Source of the DNA: Octopus vulgaris
Lineage: Eukaryota
Direction: 5' to 3'
Assembly (NCBI GenBank): GCA_951406725.2
Contig: OX597841.1
Span: 15,996,001-16,060,000 of the forward strand
Length of the DNA: 64,000 bases
A model generated the notes under the pieces. The model saw nothing but the letters and a program-made list of their open reading frames with translations. It made no database searches and had not been told where the DNA came from. Positions 1-13,519 of the stretch are shown in pieces; within the stretch, counting starts at the first letter, position 1; each line of letters starts with the position of its first letter. A program made the position numbers and the translations under genes.

Positions 1-610
1 TTGTATGTTTCTCTCTCCCGCTCTCTCTCTCTCTCTCTCTTTACTCTCTCTCTTTATTTCTCTTGCTCTCTCACTCTGTCCCTCTCTCTCCCTTCCCCTC
101 TCTCTCTCTCTCTCTCTCTCCCAGTTTCCTCTCAATCTTTCTCTTTCACTCTGTATGTCTTTCTGTCTCTCTCCCTCCCACTCTCTCTGCCTGTCTGTAA
201 CTCCCTCTCCCTCTCTCTCTCCCTTCCTGTTGTACTCTCCATCTTCATCACTCTCTCTCTATCTGTCTGTCTCTGTCTCTCTTGTCTCACTCTCCCTCTT
301 GCGCTCTCCCTCCCTCTCCTTTCCTCCCCTCTCTCTTCCTTCCTCTCTCTGTCTAAATCTCTCACACTATCTCTCTCTCTCTCTCCCTCTGTCTAACCCT
401 CTCCCTCTGTTTATCTATCTCTCTATCTACCTCACTTTCTTTCTCTACGCCTCTTTCTCTATCTATCTATCTATCTATCTCTTTCTCCCTCCTTCCCTCT
501 CTCACTCTCTCGCTCAGTCTGTCTGCCTTTCCCTATCTTTTTCTTTAATCCTCTTTCTCTCTCTCTCTCTCTCTCTCTCAAACTCTCTAGCTCTATCTAT
601 CTCTCTTTTC

Positions 611-660
<50 letters not shown>
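1..660. repeat. (CT)n-rich polypyrimidine microsatellite
   Basis: Degenerate CT/CTAT runs; the overlapping ORFs are SL repeats. Confidence 0.95.
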
Positions 661-819
661 CCTTACTCTCACCCTGAACATAAACAAAAACGAGGCCATA
701 ATTGTCTAGATATTGTCCAATTGTCCGACGGGATCCACTGTATTCTAACGTGTAGAAGGAACCCTTTTTCGTCAAAAATTAAGTTGAAAAAATATGGGAG
801 TTTCTTATACATGGATAGT

Positions 820-1212
820 ATACTCTTTGCTCTCTTTTACTTGTTTCAGTCATTTGACTGCGGCCATGCTGGAGCACCGCCTTTAGTCGAGCAAATCGAC
901 CGCGGGACTTATTCTTTGTAAGCCCAGTACTTATTCTATCGGTTCTCTTTTGCCGATCCGCTAAGTGACCGGGACGTAAACACACCAGCATCGGTTGTCA
1001 AGCAATGCTAGGGGAACAAACACACACACATACACACATATATACATATATACGACAGGCTTCTTTCAGTTTCCGTCTACCAAATCCACTCACAAGGCTT
1101 TGGTCGGCCCCGGGGCTATAGCAGAAGACACTTGCCCAAGATGCCACGCAGTGGGACTGGACCCGGAACCATGTGGTTGGTAAGCAAGCTACTTACCACA
1201 CAGCCACTCCTG
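820..1212 (-). mobile_element. SINE family A, near full length
   Basis: Reverse complement of the recurrent element: head caggagtggctgtgtggtaag with A box, B box ggttc/ggtccagtccc, CORE-like cttgggcaag, internal (TA)/(TG) tract, tail aagtaaaagag. Confidence 0.9.
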
Positions 1213-1395
1213 TATTATAACCCCTTACAAAACCTTTTTCCAGATTTTAAGCCCCCGAAATTAGAGGCTTCCTTAAACACGAGGGTTCCTTATAACGTTA
1301 AAATACGGTAATTGGACCCTTCCACACTCCTGGACATAAACAGCCACAATAAATTTATCATTGATGAAGAGCGTTCTTCTACTTTCTAACCTATG

Positions 1396-1485
1396 TCTCT
1401 CCGATGACGGAATACCTGACGTACAGAGCCTTCGCTCGATACGATGCTCCAATAGCTCGGACATCCCAGAAACAGCTGTCGGGGA
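1396..1485 (+). ncRNA. Degenerate type I hammerhead ribozyme motif
   Basis: tctct-CCGATGA-c...a-GAAA-cagctg-TC-gggga; palindromic helix III ACAGCTGT; helix II is poorly paired. Confidence 0.45.
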
Positions 1486-1804
1486 CTATTTTCTAGCATT
1501 CGTTATGTCGCTAAATTTAGATTGAATCTTATGAAACTAAATGTCCTGGTCATACCTTGTCTGCTTGATGGCCTTTCTTTGCTTCTTTAACCAAGATAAA
1601 TTAACGGACTTCCATTGTTCTTGCTGTTGCTGTTGAGCGAACAGTCTTCGTCCCAGAGCTCGCATGATGGGAGAAGGCCGAAACGTGGTCCTTTGCTATT
1701 CGTAAGACCCGCAGAAGAGAAAGCAGGTCGACCGCCGACACCATGAGCATCGACGGATGGACGAATGCGCATCCAGGCTCAGCGGTTGCGTAGGAAGTCG
1801 GGGA

Positions 1805-1975
1805 CAAGAAACAGGAAGGAAGAGCGAAAGTTGGAGCGAAAGAATACAGCAGGAGTCGCCACCACCCGCTGCCGGAGCCTCGTGGAGCTTTAGGGGTTTT
1901 CGCTCAATACACACACTCAACGCCCTGTCTGGAAAGCGAAACCGCGATCCTCCGACCACGAGTCCGTTGCGCCTC
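1805..1975 (-). mobile_element. SINE family C, partial
   Basis: Reverse complement of ggactcgtggtcggaggatcgcggtttcg...gagcgaaaacccctaaagctccacgaggctccggcag; matches the copy at 32659. Confidence 0.8.
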
Positions 1976-2010
1976 CAGTCCAAGTCACAAAAGCCCAGAA
2001 GAAACTTAGC

Positions 2011-2335
2011 TTCCGTCTACCAAATCCACTCACGAGGCTTTGGTCGGCCCGGGGCTATAGCAAAGGGCACTTGTACAAGGCGTCACGCTGTGGGACTGAA
2101 CCCTGAACCATGTGGTTTGTAAGCAAGCTACTTACCACACAGCCACTCCTGCACCTATACACAGCTACTCCTATGACGAGATTCTTTCAGTTTCCTTCTA
2201 CGAAATCCAGTCACAAGTCTTTGCTCGGCCCGTGGCTATAGCAGAAGTCACTTGCCCAAGGTGTCACGCTGTGGGATTGAACCCGGAACCATGTGGTTGG
2301 TAAGCAAGCTTCTTACCACACAGCCACTCTTGGTC
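2011..2335 (-). mobile_element. Two tandem 5-prime halves of SINE A
   Basis: ttccgtctaccaaatcc...cagccactc occurs at about 2011-2155 and again at about 2175-2335. Confidence 0.85.
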
Positions 2336-2392
2336 CACCTGTATTTTCTTTTACACCATAACCGGGAACTTTTGTACAAACTTTCGATAATT

Positions 2393-2819
2393 TTACTCTT
2401 TTACATGTTTGTCATTTGACTGCGGCCATGCTGGAGCACCGCCTTTAGTTGAGCAAATCGACCCCGGGACTTATTCTTTGTAAGCCTAGTTACTTATTCT
2501 ATCGGTCTCTCTTGCCGAACCGCTAAGTGACGGGGACGTAAACACACCAGCATCGGTTGTCAAGCAATGCTAGGTGGACAAACACAGACACACAAACACA
2601 TACACATACATATACATACATATAGATATATATACGACAGGCTTCTTTCAGTTTTCGTCTACCAAATCCACTCACAAGGCATTGGTCGGCCCTGGGCTAT
2701 AGCAGAAGACACTTGCCCAAGATGCCACGCAGTGGGACTGAACCCGGAACCATGTGGTTGGTTAGCAAGCTACTTACCACACAGCCACTCCTGCGCCTAT
2801 ACACAGCCACTCCTGCGCC
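2393..2819 (-). mobile_element. SINE family A, full length, with ~22-bp head duplication
   Basis: Complete match to the family; acacagccactcctgcgcct occurs twice at the head. Confidence 0.9.
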
Positions 2820-3049
2820 TCTGCGTGGTTTGAGACTGTTGGGTGTAATCGGAGAGACAACTCGCTGCTATTTCTAGCAGCTGTGGCTCCGTCTTTGATC
2901 GTTTGTTGTGAGCATTTGAGATATTTATTGCAAGATGTCAACGGTCGCTAACATACAACATTTCTGTCGCGGCTTTTCACGACTGTCTAACAAAAATCTA
3001 TAACTGAAGTGCAGCTCACCTTAGCAATTTTCGCAGACCGTAAGGCTAT

Positions 3050-3098
<49 letters not shown>

Positions 3099-3268
3099 TG
3101 TGTGTGTGTGTGTGTTTGTCTGTGTGTGGGTCTATTACGTATACGCCTGGGGGAGAGAGCGGGAGAGTTGGAGAGGTGGAGAGCTGCATAATTTTTCGTG
3201 GGTAATTGACGACAATATTAAATGTATCTGTGTGTGCGTTACTACGTGTGTGTGCGCGTGTGTGTGTG

Positions 3269-3311
<43 letters not shown>

Positions 3312-3326
3312 ATCGATACGCATGTA

Positions 3327-3357
<31 letters not shown>

Positions 3358-3459
3358 ACGTACGAACGTACATAAAATCACACGTACACACGCATACACT
3401 TTCAGACACGCATGCACACACACACACACAAATAAAATATATACATTCACACACACACT

Positions 3460-3506
<47 letters not shown>

Positions 3507-3575
3507 CGTCTGTTGTGTGTATATATAGTACATACAAATATAAATACATATTTATGCATACGCAAATATGAGTGC

Positions 3576-3608
<33 letters not shown>

Positions 3609-3788
3609 CGCACACACATACACACATACACACAGACACACATACACGAACACACGTATGTATATATAATATATATTCCACATTCCTCATATTTCCTTTC
3701 TAATTCATAACATAACACGGAGACAACATAGAGAGAGAACAACATCCGTTCCTACAACCTCTGACACCATCCACACTGGCAGACACAC

Positions 3789-3868
<80 letters not shown>

Positions 3869-3929
3869 ATTCTCACAGACATATGCGTAGGCAGACAGAT
3901 TCGAATACACACAAATATATATATACATA

Positions 3930-3971
<42 letters not shown>

Positions 3972-4037
3972 TGTATATACATATGTATATATATGTATAT
4001 ATATATATACACATATATATATACAAACACACATGCG

Positions 4038-4070
<33 letters not shown>

Positions 4071-4210
4071 TTATATTTATATATATATATGTGTATATTT
4101 ATATATGTGTATATATATGTGTAAATATATATATATATGTGTGTGTGTGCGTGTGTGTGTGTGTATGTATGTATATATATACACGTACACACATATAGGA
4201 TTGGTATGCA

Positions 4211-4268
<58 letters not shown>

Positions 4269-4591
4269 TGTATATATACTCGCAAGAGGGAATAGACTAT
4301 TTATAGACAAGAGAGCTAATTATAGGATGTGTGTGTGTATACATATATATATATATATATATTCACAAACACACACATACACTCACACACCTACGTTTAC
4401 ATGAGGTACGGAGTACATGTGTACTCTGTTACTTGCTTCAACCCAGGAACAGCGGCCAAACTGGGGCAGCGGCAGGAAGTTACATATACCATAATAATAT
4501 ATTTACTACTACTACTGAGACTACTGCTGCTGCTCTTTTATTTGTCCATCTGTCTGTTCGTCTATCTATCTATCTATCTGTCTGTCTGTCA

Positions 4592-4649
<58 letters not shown>

Positions 4650-4708
4650 ATATCGATCTATCTATCTATCTATCTATCTATCTATATATCGATCAATCTA
4701 TATATATG

Positions 4709-4765
<57 letters not shown>

Positions 4766-4766
4766 T

Positions 4767-4799
<33 letters not shown>

Positions 4800-4824
4800 A
4801 TATCGATCAATCTATATATATGTA

Positions 4825-4855
<31 letters not shown>

Positions 4856-4858
4856 CTT

Positions 4859-4937
<79 letters not shown>

Positions 4938-4946
4938 CAATCTATA

Positions 4947-4996
<50 letters not shown>

Positions 4997-5035
4997 TATC
5001 TATATTTCTATCTATCTATCTATCTATCTACCTTT
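3050..5035. repeat. Compound (TG)/(TA)/(CA)/(CTAT) microsatellite field
   Basis: Direct inspection. Confidence 0.9.
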
Positions 5036-5049
5036 TTTTTAAAATTATA

Positions 5050-5195
5050 TCCCCCCTCTTATTTTGTCCTCTTTCTTTCTGTTTACGATCCCTTTTGATC
5101 GAAAGCCAAACCCTCTTCTTTTACCCCCAAAAGAAAAGCTCTACCTTGTAATTTTGTCCTGTCTATGTGCAGCCCTGTGTGGCTAATAAAGAAAC
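5050..5195 (+). mobile_element. Family G: LINE-like 3-prime end within (CTAT)n
   Basis: gatcccttttgatcgaaa...aaaagctctaccttgtaa...gcagccctgtgtggctaataaagaaa; an inverted copy lies at 46421-46545; contains AATAAA. Confidence 0.6.
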
Positions 5196-5196
5196 A

Positions 5197-5278
<82 letters not shown>

Positions 5279-5319
5279 TCATATATATCTCTATCTGTTT
5301 GTCTATCTATCTATCTATC

Positions 5320-5373
<54 letters not shown>

Positions 5374-5495
5374 ATCTATCTCTCTATCTGTTTGTCTATC
5401 TATCTATCTATCTATTTGTCTGTACGCACATTGCAAACACACACACACACGCATTCACACATTTATGTATGCATCTAAGTATGTATATATACATT

Positions 5496-5572
<77 letters not shown>

Positions 5573-5597
5573 ATGTCAATCTATCTATCTCGCTCTG

Positions 5598-5645
<48 letters not shown>

Positions 5646-5780
5646 AAATCTACTTACTCGAACGGATATCAATATCGATCGATTCCAATCACACGCACAC
5701 GCCTGCATCTGTTTAACTCGTGAAAAATCTCCGTATGCCCTTACATACACACGGTCACGTTCGCATACCCATACCTCATC

Positions 5781-5837
<57 letters not shown>

Positions 5838-5838
<1 letters not shown>

Positions 5839-6965
5839 GATTTACAGTATCAAAGTCGAAGTGGTTTCGTCACTAGCACGCACCATCTTTGCAACATTCA
5901 CCCATCATTTTTTTTATCTTTCACGAGACAAAACCTGCCTCTCCATTCTCACCTTCCTTTTCAAGTGGTACTTGAAAAAGTTGTTGAGCGATTGGCCAGA
6001 GAGGTAAGTGTTTGTCTCCAATCCTTTCGCTCGAGTCCACCACACACATTCTTTCACCATGGCCACCTGTACGATGAAAACTGCCTTACCTTCTCGGTTG
6101 TGGGAAGGTGGCGGAGCAATTGTCACGGGCTCATCCCGCACGTGAGAGCTGCCGTTCTGCATAAGCCCACAAGTCCGAAAATGGTTGGACACTGCACGAG
6201 TGCGTGCAGAACGGTTTCGTCCCTCTGACCTCATCTCGGGCAAATCGGTCCGGTGTGTCTTGAACCGTGCCTGTAGAGCTTATCCCGAACAGGTAATGTT
6301 TCTCGATACCACTGCCGGGCCAGGGATCTTTGGTGATTGTCCATAGGTCCCGGACCGAAAGCTGTCCTGAACAGGCGGGTCTATAGAACGCCTTTGTTGT
6401 AATGGAGTCGCACAAGTTTGGTCCCGAACGGCAGAGTTGCTTGAGAGCAACGCGACACTCGCGGTGCCATTCGCCTAGCCTCGGTCTCTGTTTGATCCAC
6501 GATTGCAGTTCGGCCAAGGAAACGAGCTGCGGGAAAGCGCGCCGCACAAACGGCGACCACTCCTGTTCACCATCGTCTAGGAAGTGCCGGAAATGTCGCA
6601 GTCACAGCGCATGTCTGCGCATCATCAACCACGGCATGCCTAGTCCTCCATTTAGCGGGTGTTGACAGCAAATGGATCGCCTAACCATCGGAACACTTCC
6701 CTTCCACAAGATGTGGAAGAATATGCGTTCCAGTTTGGTGATGGTAGGGTCGGGACAAGGCACGACTGTCAGACGGTAATCGATGACGGATGCGATGTAC
6801 GTGTTAGCTTCCTCTTGGTCCATTGCTGGGTGAGAGTGGCCACCCTAGTCGTTATTTCGCTCCAGTTCTTCTTCATTTGGATGTCCGGACCGAACCATAC
6901 TCCAAGCAATTTAACCGGTCCGTCGGTCCAGTGTCCCACGATGGAGACGCTGTTGGGCGACATGG
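5838..6965 (-). pseudogene. Decayed L1/Tx1-clade ORF2 C-terminal half (RT thumb to CCHC finger)
   Basis: Frameshifted segments KLLGVWFG..NWSE..QQWTKRKL, FFHILWKG..VRR..P..GGLGMP, CPR*GQRDETVLHALVQC and KECVWWTR, typical of L1/Tx1 ORF2. Confidence 0.85.
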
Positions 6966-6998
6966 TCTTGCTTCTCCAGGTGTTTATCTTCTGTATGT

Positions 6999-7056
6999 AT
7001 TCTACTGACGAGGTAAAGCATTTCTAAATGCAGAGCCAGAAATCCGGATCTAGAAT
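6999..7056 (+). ncRNA. Type I hammerhead ribozyme motif
   Basis: attcta-CTGACGA-ggt..gcattt/aaatgc..gcc-a-GAAA-tccgga-TC-tagaat; 6-bp helix I, palindromic helix III, AUC cleavage triplet. Confidence 0.75.
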
Positions 7057-7288
7057 TATCCAGTAATTTTTTACTAGTTTCATCTTGTCTCTGTTTTTTT
7101 CTCCGTGTTGATATATGGACAATTTAGGTGGTTTTAGAGTCAGATCATGGCTGCTATTTTCAGCATGGTGGTATCTCGTAGATACCCTAATTTATAATTT
7201 TAATAATTATTACCTTTGAAGGTTATTTTTTCCATGCTGACCACTTGATAAAATCGTTATTTTTATTTTAAATTAACGATCTTATCCT

Positions 7289-7351
<63 letters not shown>

Positions 7352-7353
<2 letters not shown>

Positions 7354-7497
7354 GACGGGCTTCTTTCAGTTTCCGTCTATCAGATCCAGTCAAAAGTCCT
7401 TGATCGGCAAGAGACTATAGTAGCAGACACTTGCCGAAGATGCCACGCCCCGGGACCATGTGGTTGGGGAGCAAGATTCTTAGCACACAGCCACACC
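7352..7497 (-). mobile_element. SINE A 5-prime half, diverged
   Basis: cttctttcagtttccgtcta...catgtggttgg...cacacagccac. Confidence 0.75.
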
Positions 7498-7718
7498 TAC
7501 ATAATCACACACGCACACACGCACACACACACGCATACACACACACAAAAATATATATGTACATACATACATACATACACATGTATCTATGCATTTACAA
7601 ATACACGCACAAGGCCATACATCTATACATACACACATACGTATGCATACATATACACACGCGTATATATACCCAGACATCCATACCCATCTATACTTTT
7701 ACACACACACACACACAT

Positions 7719-7753
<35 letters not shown>

Positions 7754-7851
7754 CGCGTACATAGCCATACATATACACATACACATACATATACACACAT
7801 ACGTATACATACACATACACACACGCCTGTGTGTATATATTTATATATATG

Positions 7852-7938
<87 letters not shown>

Positions 7939-8047
7939 CATATATACGTACATCCATATGAATCTATATATGTTCGTGCACATATATACACACACATACA
8001 CAAATGCACGCATCGAAACATACACACACACATACACACACACACAA

Positions 8048-8080
<33 letters not shown>

Positions 8081-8434
8081 CACACACACACACACACACA
8101 CGCGCGCGCGCGCATATATACACACACATATGTATTGAACACTGATTAATCAATCACTCTCTTAATAGTCTAGATATTTATACTACGAATCAATTTATCG
8201 ATTTATCCAGTTATTGATCTGTCTGTTTGTCACTCGATCATAGCATTACCTCAGCCTGTCTGTCTGTCTGTCTGTCAGTCATGTCTGTCTGTTTGTCTCG
8301 CTCGCAGAAAGTATGTCATTGCGGGTGTGCATGAGCGGTCGTATATTGACTTGCGTCTACATGTGTACGTATGTATGTATATATATGTGTGTGTGTGTGT
8401 GTGTATACATCTATGCGTATATATATGTATTTAG

Positions 8435-8832
8435 TGAAGGCGCGTGGCTCAATGGTTAGAGCGTTGGGCTCACAATCATGATGTAGTGAGTTCGATTCCC
8501 GGACCGGGCTGTGTGTTGTGTTCTTGAGCAAGACACTTTATTTCACGTTGCTCCAGTTGTATGCATGGGCGACTGCTGGTCTTCCATAACCAACCCTGTC
8601 CGGGCTTATTCCAAAAAGGGTGTCATTCTAGGTGCAGTCCCATGGTCATTCTTGGCCAAAGGAGGTCTTTACCCTTTACCCTATGTACATATCATGGCGT
8701 GATGAGGGGAGACTGGTATGCATGGGTGACTGCCGGTCTTCCACGAACTACCTTGCCCAAACTTGTGTCTCAGAGGGGAACTTTCTAGGTGCAATCCCAT
8801 GGTCATTCATGACCGAAGGGAGTCTTTGCTCT
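8435..8832 (+). mobile_element. tRNA-headed SINE family D with duplicated 3-prime module
   Basis: A box tggctcaatggttagagc, B box gagttcgattccc, gtgttcttgagcaagacactt; the module gtatgcatggg..tctaggtgca.tcccatggtcattc occurs twice. Confidence 0.75.
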
Positions 8833-8884
8833 TTGTATATGTTTGCGCCTATATACAAGCGTAAATGTGGCCGTGTTGGAAGGA

Positions 8885-8982
8885 ACTCGGCGGAATTTGA
8901 ACTCAGAACAAATTTGAACGCGGACGAAATACAGTTAAGCATTTCGCCCTGCGTGCTTAACGATTCTGCCAGCCTGCCGCCT
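8885..8982 (-). mobile_element. SINE family B head fragment
   Basis: ctcggcggaatttgaactcagaac...aacgattctgccagc. Confidence 0.75.
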
Positions 8983-9530
8983 TAGATCTAATTATCATAC
9001 AGATCAAAATACCACTATATCCACCTGTCTGCATATTATTGTGGCACCTCGACACCAGCACCGTCACCCCAGCACAAACCCTATCCTTACTTGCGGTGCC
9101 TTTCAACTGGCGTGGGTGAGTGGGCTCCCACCAACGACTTCCCCATGTCCCCTCATGAATACTGACCACCTCCGAAGATTAGCCCTAACATTTCAGCAAG
9201 CAAGGTAATGTTATTGTCTCTAGCATACGAATATAAGGAAATTACAGATAATCGGTACGCCTGACAAACCGTGATGTTTAAGCTGCATGCGGATTGGTCA
9301 AAACAATATTCTAAAAATTCAGTATGTTGGAGCGTTCTAAGAGGTACCAAAGTTGTCATGAACTGAGCAGTCAGTTAAACACATTTGCAATCTGATGGTT
9401 ACTCTGTGTATGAAAGCGCTAATTTAACTTTACGAGCATTACAAAATATTTTTTTAATGTTAAAATACCATAATAAAAAAACATGAAAACCAGAACTTAT
9501 TTTAACTTTATTCAACTGATATATATATAT

Positions 9531-9737
9531 AAAGGGAAAGTTTACGAAAATAAACAAGAGACGAAGGCAGGTGGAGTACAAAACAAACAAATGTATTAGT
9601 ATAGCGCTCAGGAATAGAAAAAAGTCTTTCACGTTTCGAGCCTACGCTCTTCGACAGAAAGATACACAGAAAAGAAACACGGAGAGAAACAAGGAGAGAA
9701 AAAGATACGTGTAGGAGCTAACGATCTATCATGGCGT
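9531..9737 (-). mobile_element. Family F short element with minimal hammerhead (Penelope-like pLTR/retrozyme-type)
   Basis: Near-identical to 22016-22220 and 48360-48540; hammerhead motif at 9625-9662 with a GUG triplet; ends in (TA)n. Confidence 0.7.
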
Positions 9738-9749
9738 GTGTATTTATGT

Positions 9750-9858
9750 ATACACGCATGTATGCATATATGTATACATGCATATATGTATGTATGTACG
9801 CATTATGTATATATGTATTATGCATTTATGTATGTATGTATGTATGCATGTATGTATG

Positions 9859-9890
<32 letters not shown>

Positions 9891-10570
9891 CATGTATGTA
9901 TGTATGTATGCATGTATGTATGTATGTATGTATGTATGTATTTATGTATGTATACATGTATGTATGTATGTAGGTATGTATGTATGCATGCATGCATATA
10001 TGTATGTATGTATGCATGCATGCTTGTATGTATGTATGTATGTATTTATGTATGTATGTATGTATGTATGTATGTATGTATGTATGTATGTATTTATGTA
10101 TGTATGTATGTATGTATGTATGTATGTATGTATGTATGTATGTATGTATGTATGTATGTATGCATGTGCGTATGTATGTATGTATGTATGTATGCATGCA
10201 TGCATGCATGTATGTATGCATGCATATATGTATGTATGTATGTATGTATGTATTTATGTATGTATACATGTATGTATGTATGTATGTAGGTATGTATGTA
10301 TTTATGTATGTATGTATGTATGCATGTATGCATGTGTGTATGTATGTGTGTATGTATGTATGTATGTATGTATGCATGCATGCATATATGTATGTATGTA
10401 TGCATGCATGCTTGTATGTATGTATGTATGCATGTATGCATGTATGTATGTATGTATGCATGCATGTATGTATGCATGTATGTATGTATGTACGTACGTA
10501 TGTATGTATGTATGTATGTATGTATGTATGTATGTATGTATGTATGTATGTATGTATGTATGTATGTATC
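9750..10570. repeat. (TATG)n tetranucleotide array
   Basis: Direct inspection. Confidence 0.95.
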
Positions 10571-10592
10571 TTTGTGTGTATATATGCATGCA

Positions 10593-10765
10593 GCTGGCTT
10601 CCTTACAGTTTCCGTCTATCACATTTCACTCACAAGGCACCGATCGACCCGCGGCTATAACAGATGACAATTACACAATTACCAAAAGTAGCGCAGTGTG
10701 GTCTTGAACCCGGAACCACAGGGCTACGAAACAAAGCACCCTAACCGCTCATCCATGACTGCCCC
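10593..10765 (-). mobile_element. Old SINE A-related 5-prime half
   Basis: cagtttccgtcta..cactcacaaggc..tgaacccggaacca. Confidence 0.6.
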
Positions 10766-11059
10766 CGTTTGATCATAAAACATACACAATCAGCATTGAG
10801 CCGGGGTTCAATAAGAACAGGCAACATAATTATCGATCTTTCCGTGTATCGATTAATAAGCTGGTTGGCTAAATCGCTTCCAATAGGAACATGGCGTCCT
10901 CTTCATAACAAACGCTGTAGTTCCGGTTTGCTACGTTTGTAAATTTTCATTGGTTCTTCGGCTGACAATGTGAGAAGGTTCAACGGAGGACATGTTTTCA
11001 TATTTTCGCAGCAGATACGCTTTTGGCTGTTGCACTCATTGATCGGGTTCGATTTACTG

Positions 11060-11328
11060 ATTCCTCGCCGTCATCGTCGTCATCATCAGAAGCAGCGGCG
11101 GCAGCAGTAGCAGCAGCAGCAGCAGCAGCGACGGTGGGTGGCAGTTGCGCAGCTGTCTTTAAATATCGCCGACAACGTCGTCGTTGCCATCATCACCACC
11201 ACCACCACCATCATCAACATCATCATCGTCATCATCATCGTCATCGTCGTCGTCGTCGTCACCACCAGCACCGTCAAAATCGTCGTCGTAGTCGTCGTCG
11301 TCATCATCATTATCATCATCACCATAAC

Positions 11329-11385
<57 letters not shown>

Positions 11386-11511
11386 ACCATCATTATCATC
11401 ACCATCATCATCATCATCATCATCATCAATATCATCATCATCATCATCATCATCATTACCATCATTATCATCATCATCATCATCATCATCATTACCATCA
11501 TTATCATCACC

Positions 11512-11542
<31 letters not shown>

Positions 11543-11585
11543 CCATCATCATCATCATGATCATCATCATCATCATCGTCGTCAT
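11060..11585. repeat. (CAT)n/(CGT)n/(CAG)n trinucleotide field
   Basis: Direct inspection. Confidence 0.9.
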
Positions 11586-11697
11586 GTCAATGTGTGATTT
11601 TTTTTTTTCGTTTCTCTGTGTCCTGAATTCATTTATGTCTCTACATTAAATACGAATTCTGTGTGCTTTCAGCGGCATTGGCATTTATACACATATG

Positions 11698-11759
<62 letters not shown>

Positions 11760-11780
11760 CATACATACATACGTACATAC

Positions 11781-12053
<273 letters not shown>

Positions 12054-12149
12054 TATTTTGTGAAATTTGATTTAGTATTTCTAGATTGAATTTTTCCCTG
12101 TCAATTTGGAATAATATTCCCTCTTCTTTTTCTTCTTCTTCTTCGTCTT

Positions 12150-12247
<98 letters not shown>

Positions 12248-12626
12248 AATATATATATATGTGTTATACATATAAATACACACACAAACACGCACACACA
12301 CACACACACAAATATACATATTTACAAAGCTATTACGTTGACCCAGTCGCCTGATCTCGAAGTAAACACGACCGATTCGTTCCGTTGACCTGTATTTCGC
12401 TGGTTTGCCAAACTGAGAGTAGGACACAAACAACATTTGAAAAGAAAAAAGGAAGGAAAAAAATATATATATATATAATTTCTAAATTGAGGAAAAGAAA
12501 AGACGTACTCACCCGACCTCGTTTGTGCGTCCTTGAACATGACACGGCAGGTTCTTGGCCTCAGCCCTCATTAAAACTGCTTTCACAGTCTGTGAGCAGA
12601 GTAATATATTTTTATTTTTTTATTGT

Positions 12627-12970
12627 TTTTTACTTGTTGCAGTCATTTGACTGCGGCCATGCTGGAGCACCGCCTCTTTAGTCGAGCAAATCGACCTCCG
12701 TGACTTATTCTTTTTGTAAGCCCAGTACTTATTCTATCGGTCTCTTTTTGCCGAACCGCTAAGTGACGGGGACCTAAACACACCAGCATCGGTTGTCAAG
12801 CAATGCTAGGGGTACAAACACAGACACACAAACACACACACGTATATATATATATATAACACCAGCACCGGTTGTCAAGCGATGTTGGGGGGGGACAAAT
12901 ACAGACACACAAATATGTACTTATACATGCATATATATGTATATATATATATGTATATATTTATATATAG

Positions 12971-13032
<62 letters not shown>

Positions 13033-13290
13033 ATATTTCGGAATGGTCATATTGCCAGTTTAGCCAATAAAATCTTGCACAACAAATATTTAAACGTATA
13101 TATATATATATATATATATACATATATGCAACGGTCTTCTTTCAGTTTCCGTCTACCAAATCCACTCACAAGGCTTTGGTCGGTCCGAGGCTATAGCAGA
13201 AGACACTTGCCCAAGGTGCCCCGCAGAGCGACTGAACCCGGAACTATGTGGTTGGTAAGCAAGCTACTTACCACACACCAACTCCTGCAT
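12627..13290 (-). mobile_element. SINE A with expanded and interrupted internal microsatellite
   Basis: 3-prime half at 12627-12835, a duplicated segment near 12860-12910, and 5-prime half at 13128-13290. Confidence 0.85.
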
Positions 13291-13327
13291 CTATGTATAT
13301 ATGTATGAAAATGTGTTGTGGGGGATG

Positions 13328-13389
<62 letters not shown>

Positions 13390-13519
13390 GAAACGACGAG
13401 CTTTCCCTTGCTGTTTCCGTCGACCAGAATTCAACGAAAAGCTCTTTGCTGTAATTATTCAGAGATGAAATGAACGTAGCGTTAGGTATGTCGAGAAACG
13501 AAAGCAGGATCGAATTGGG

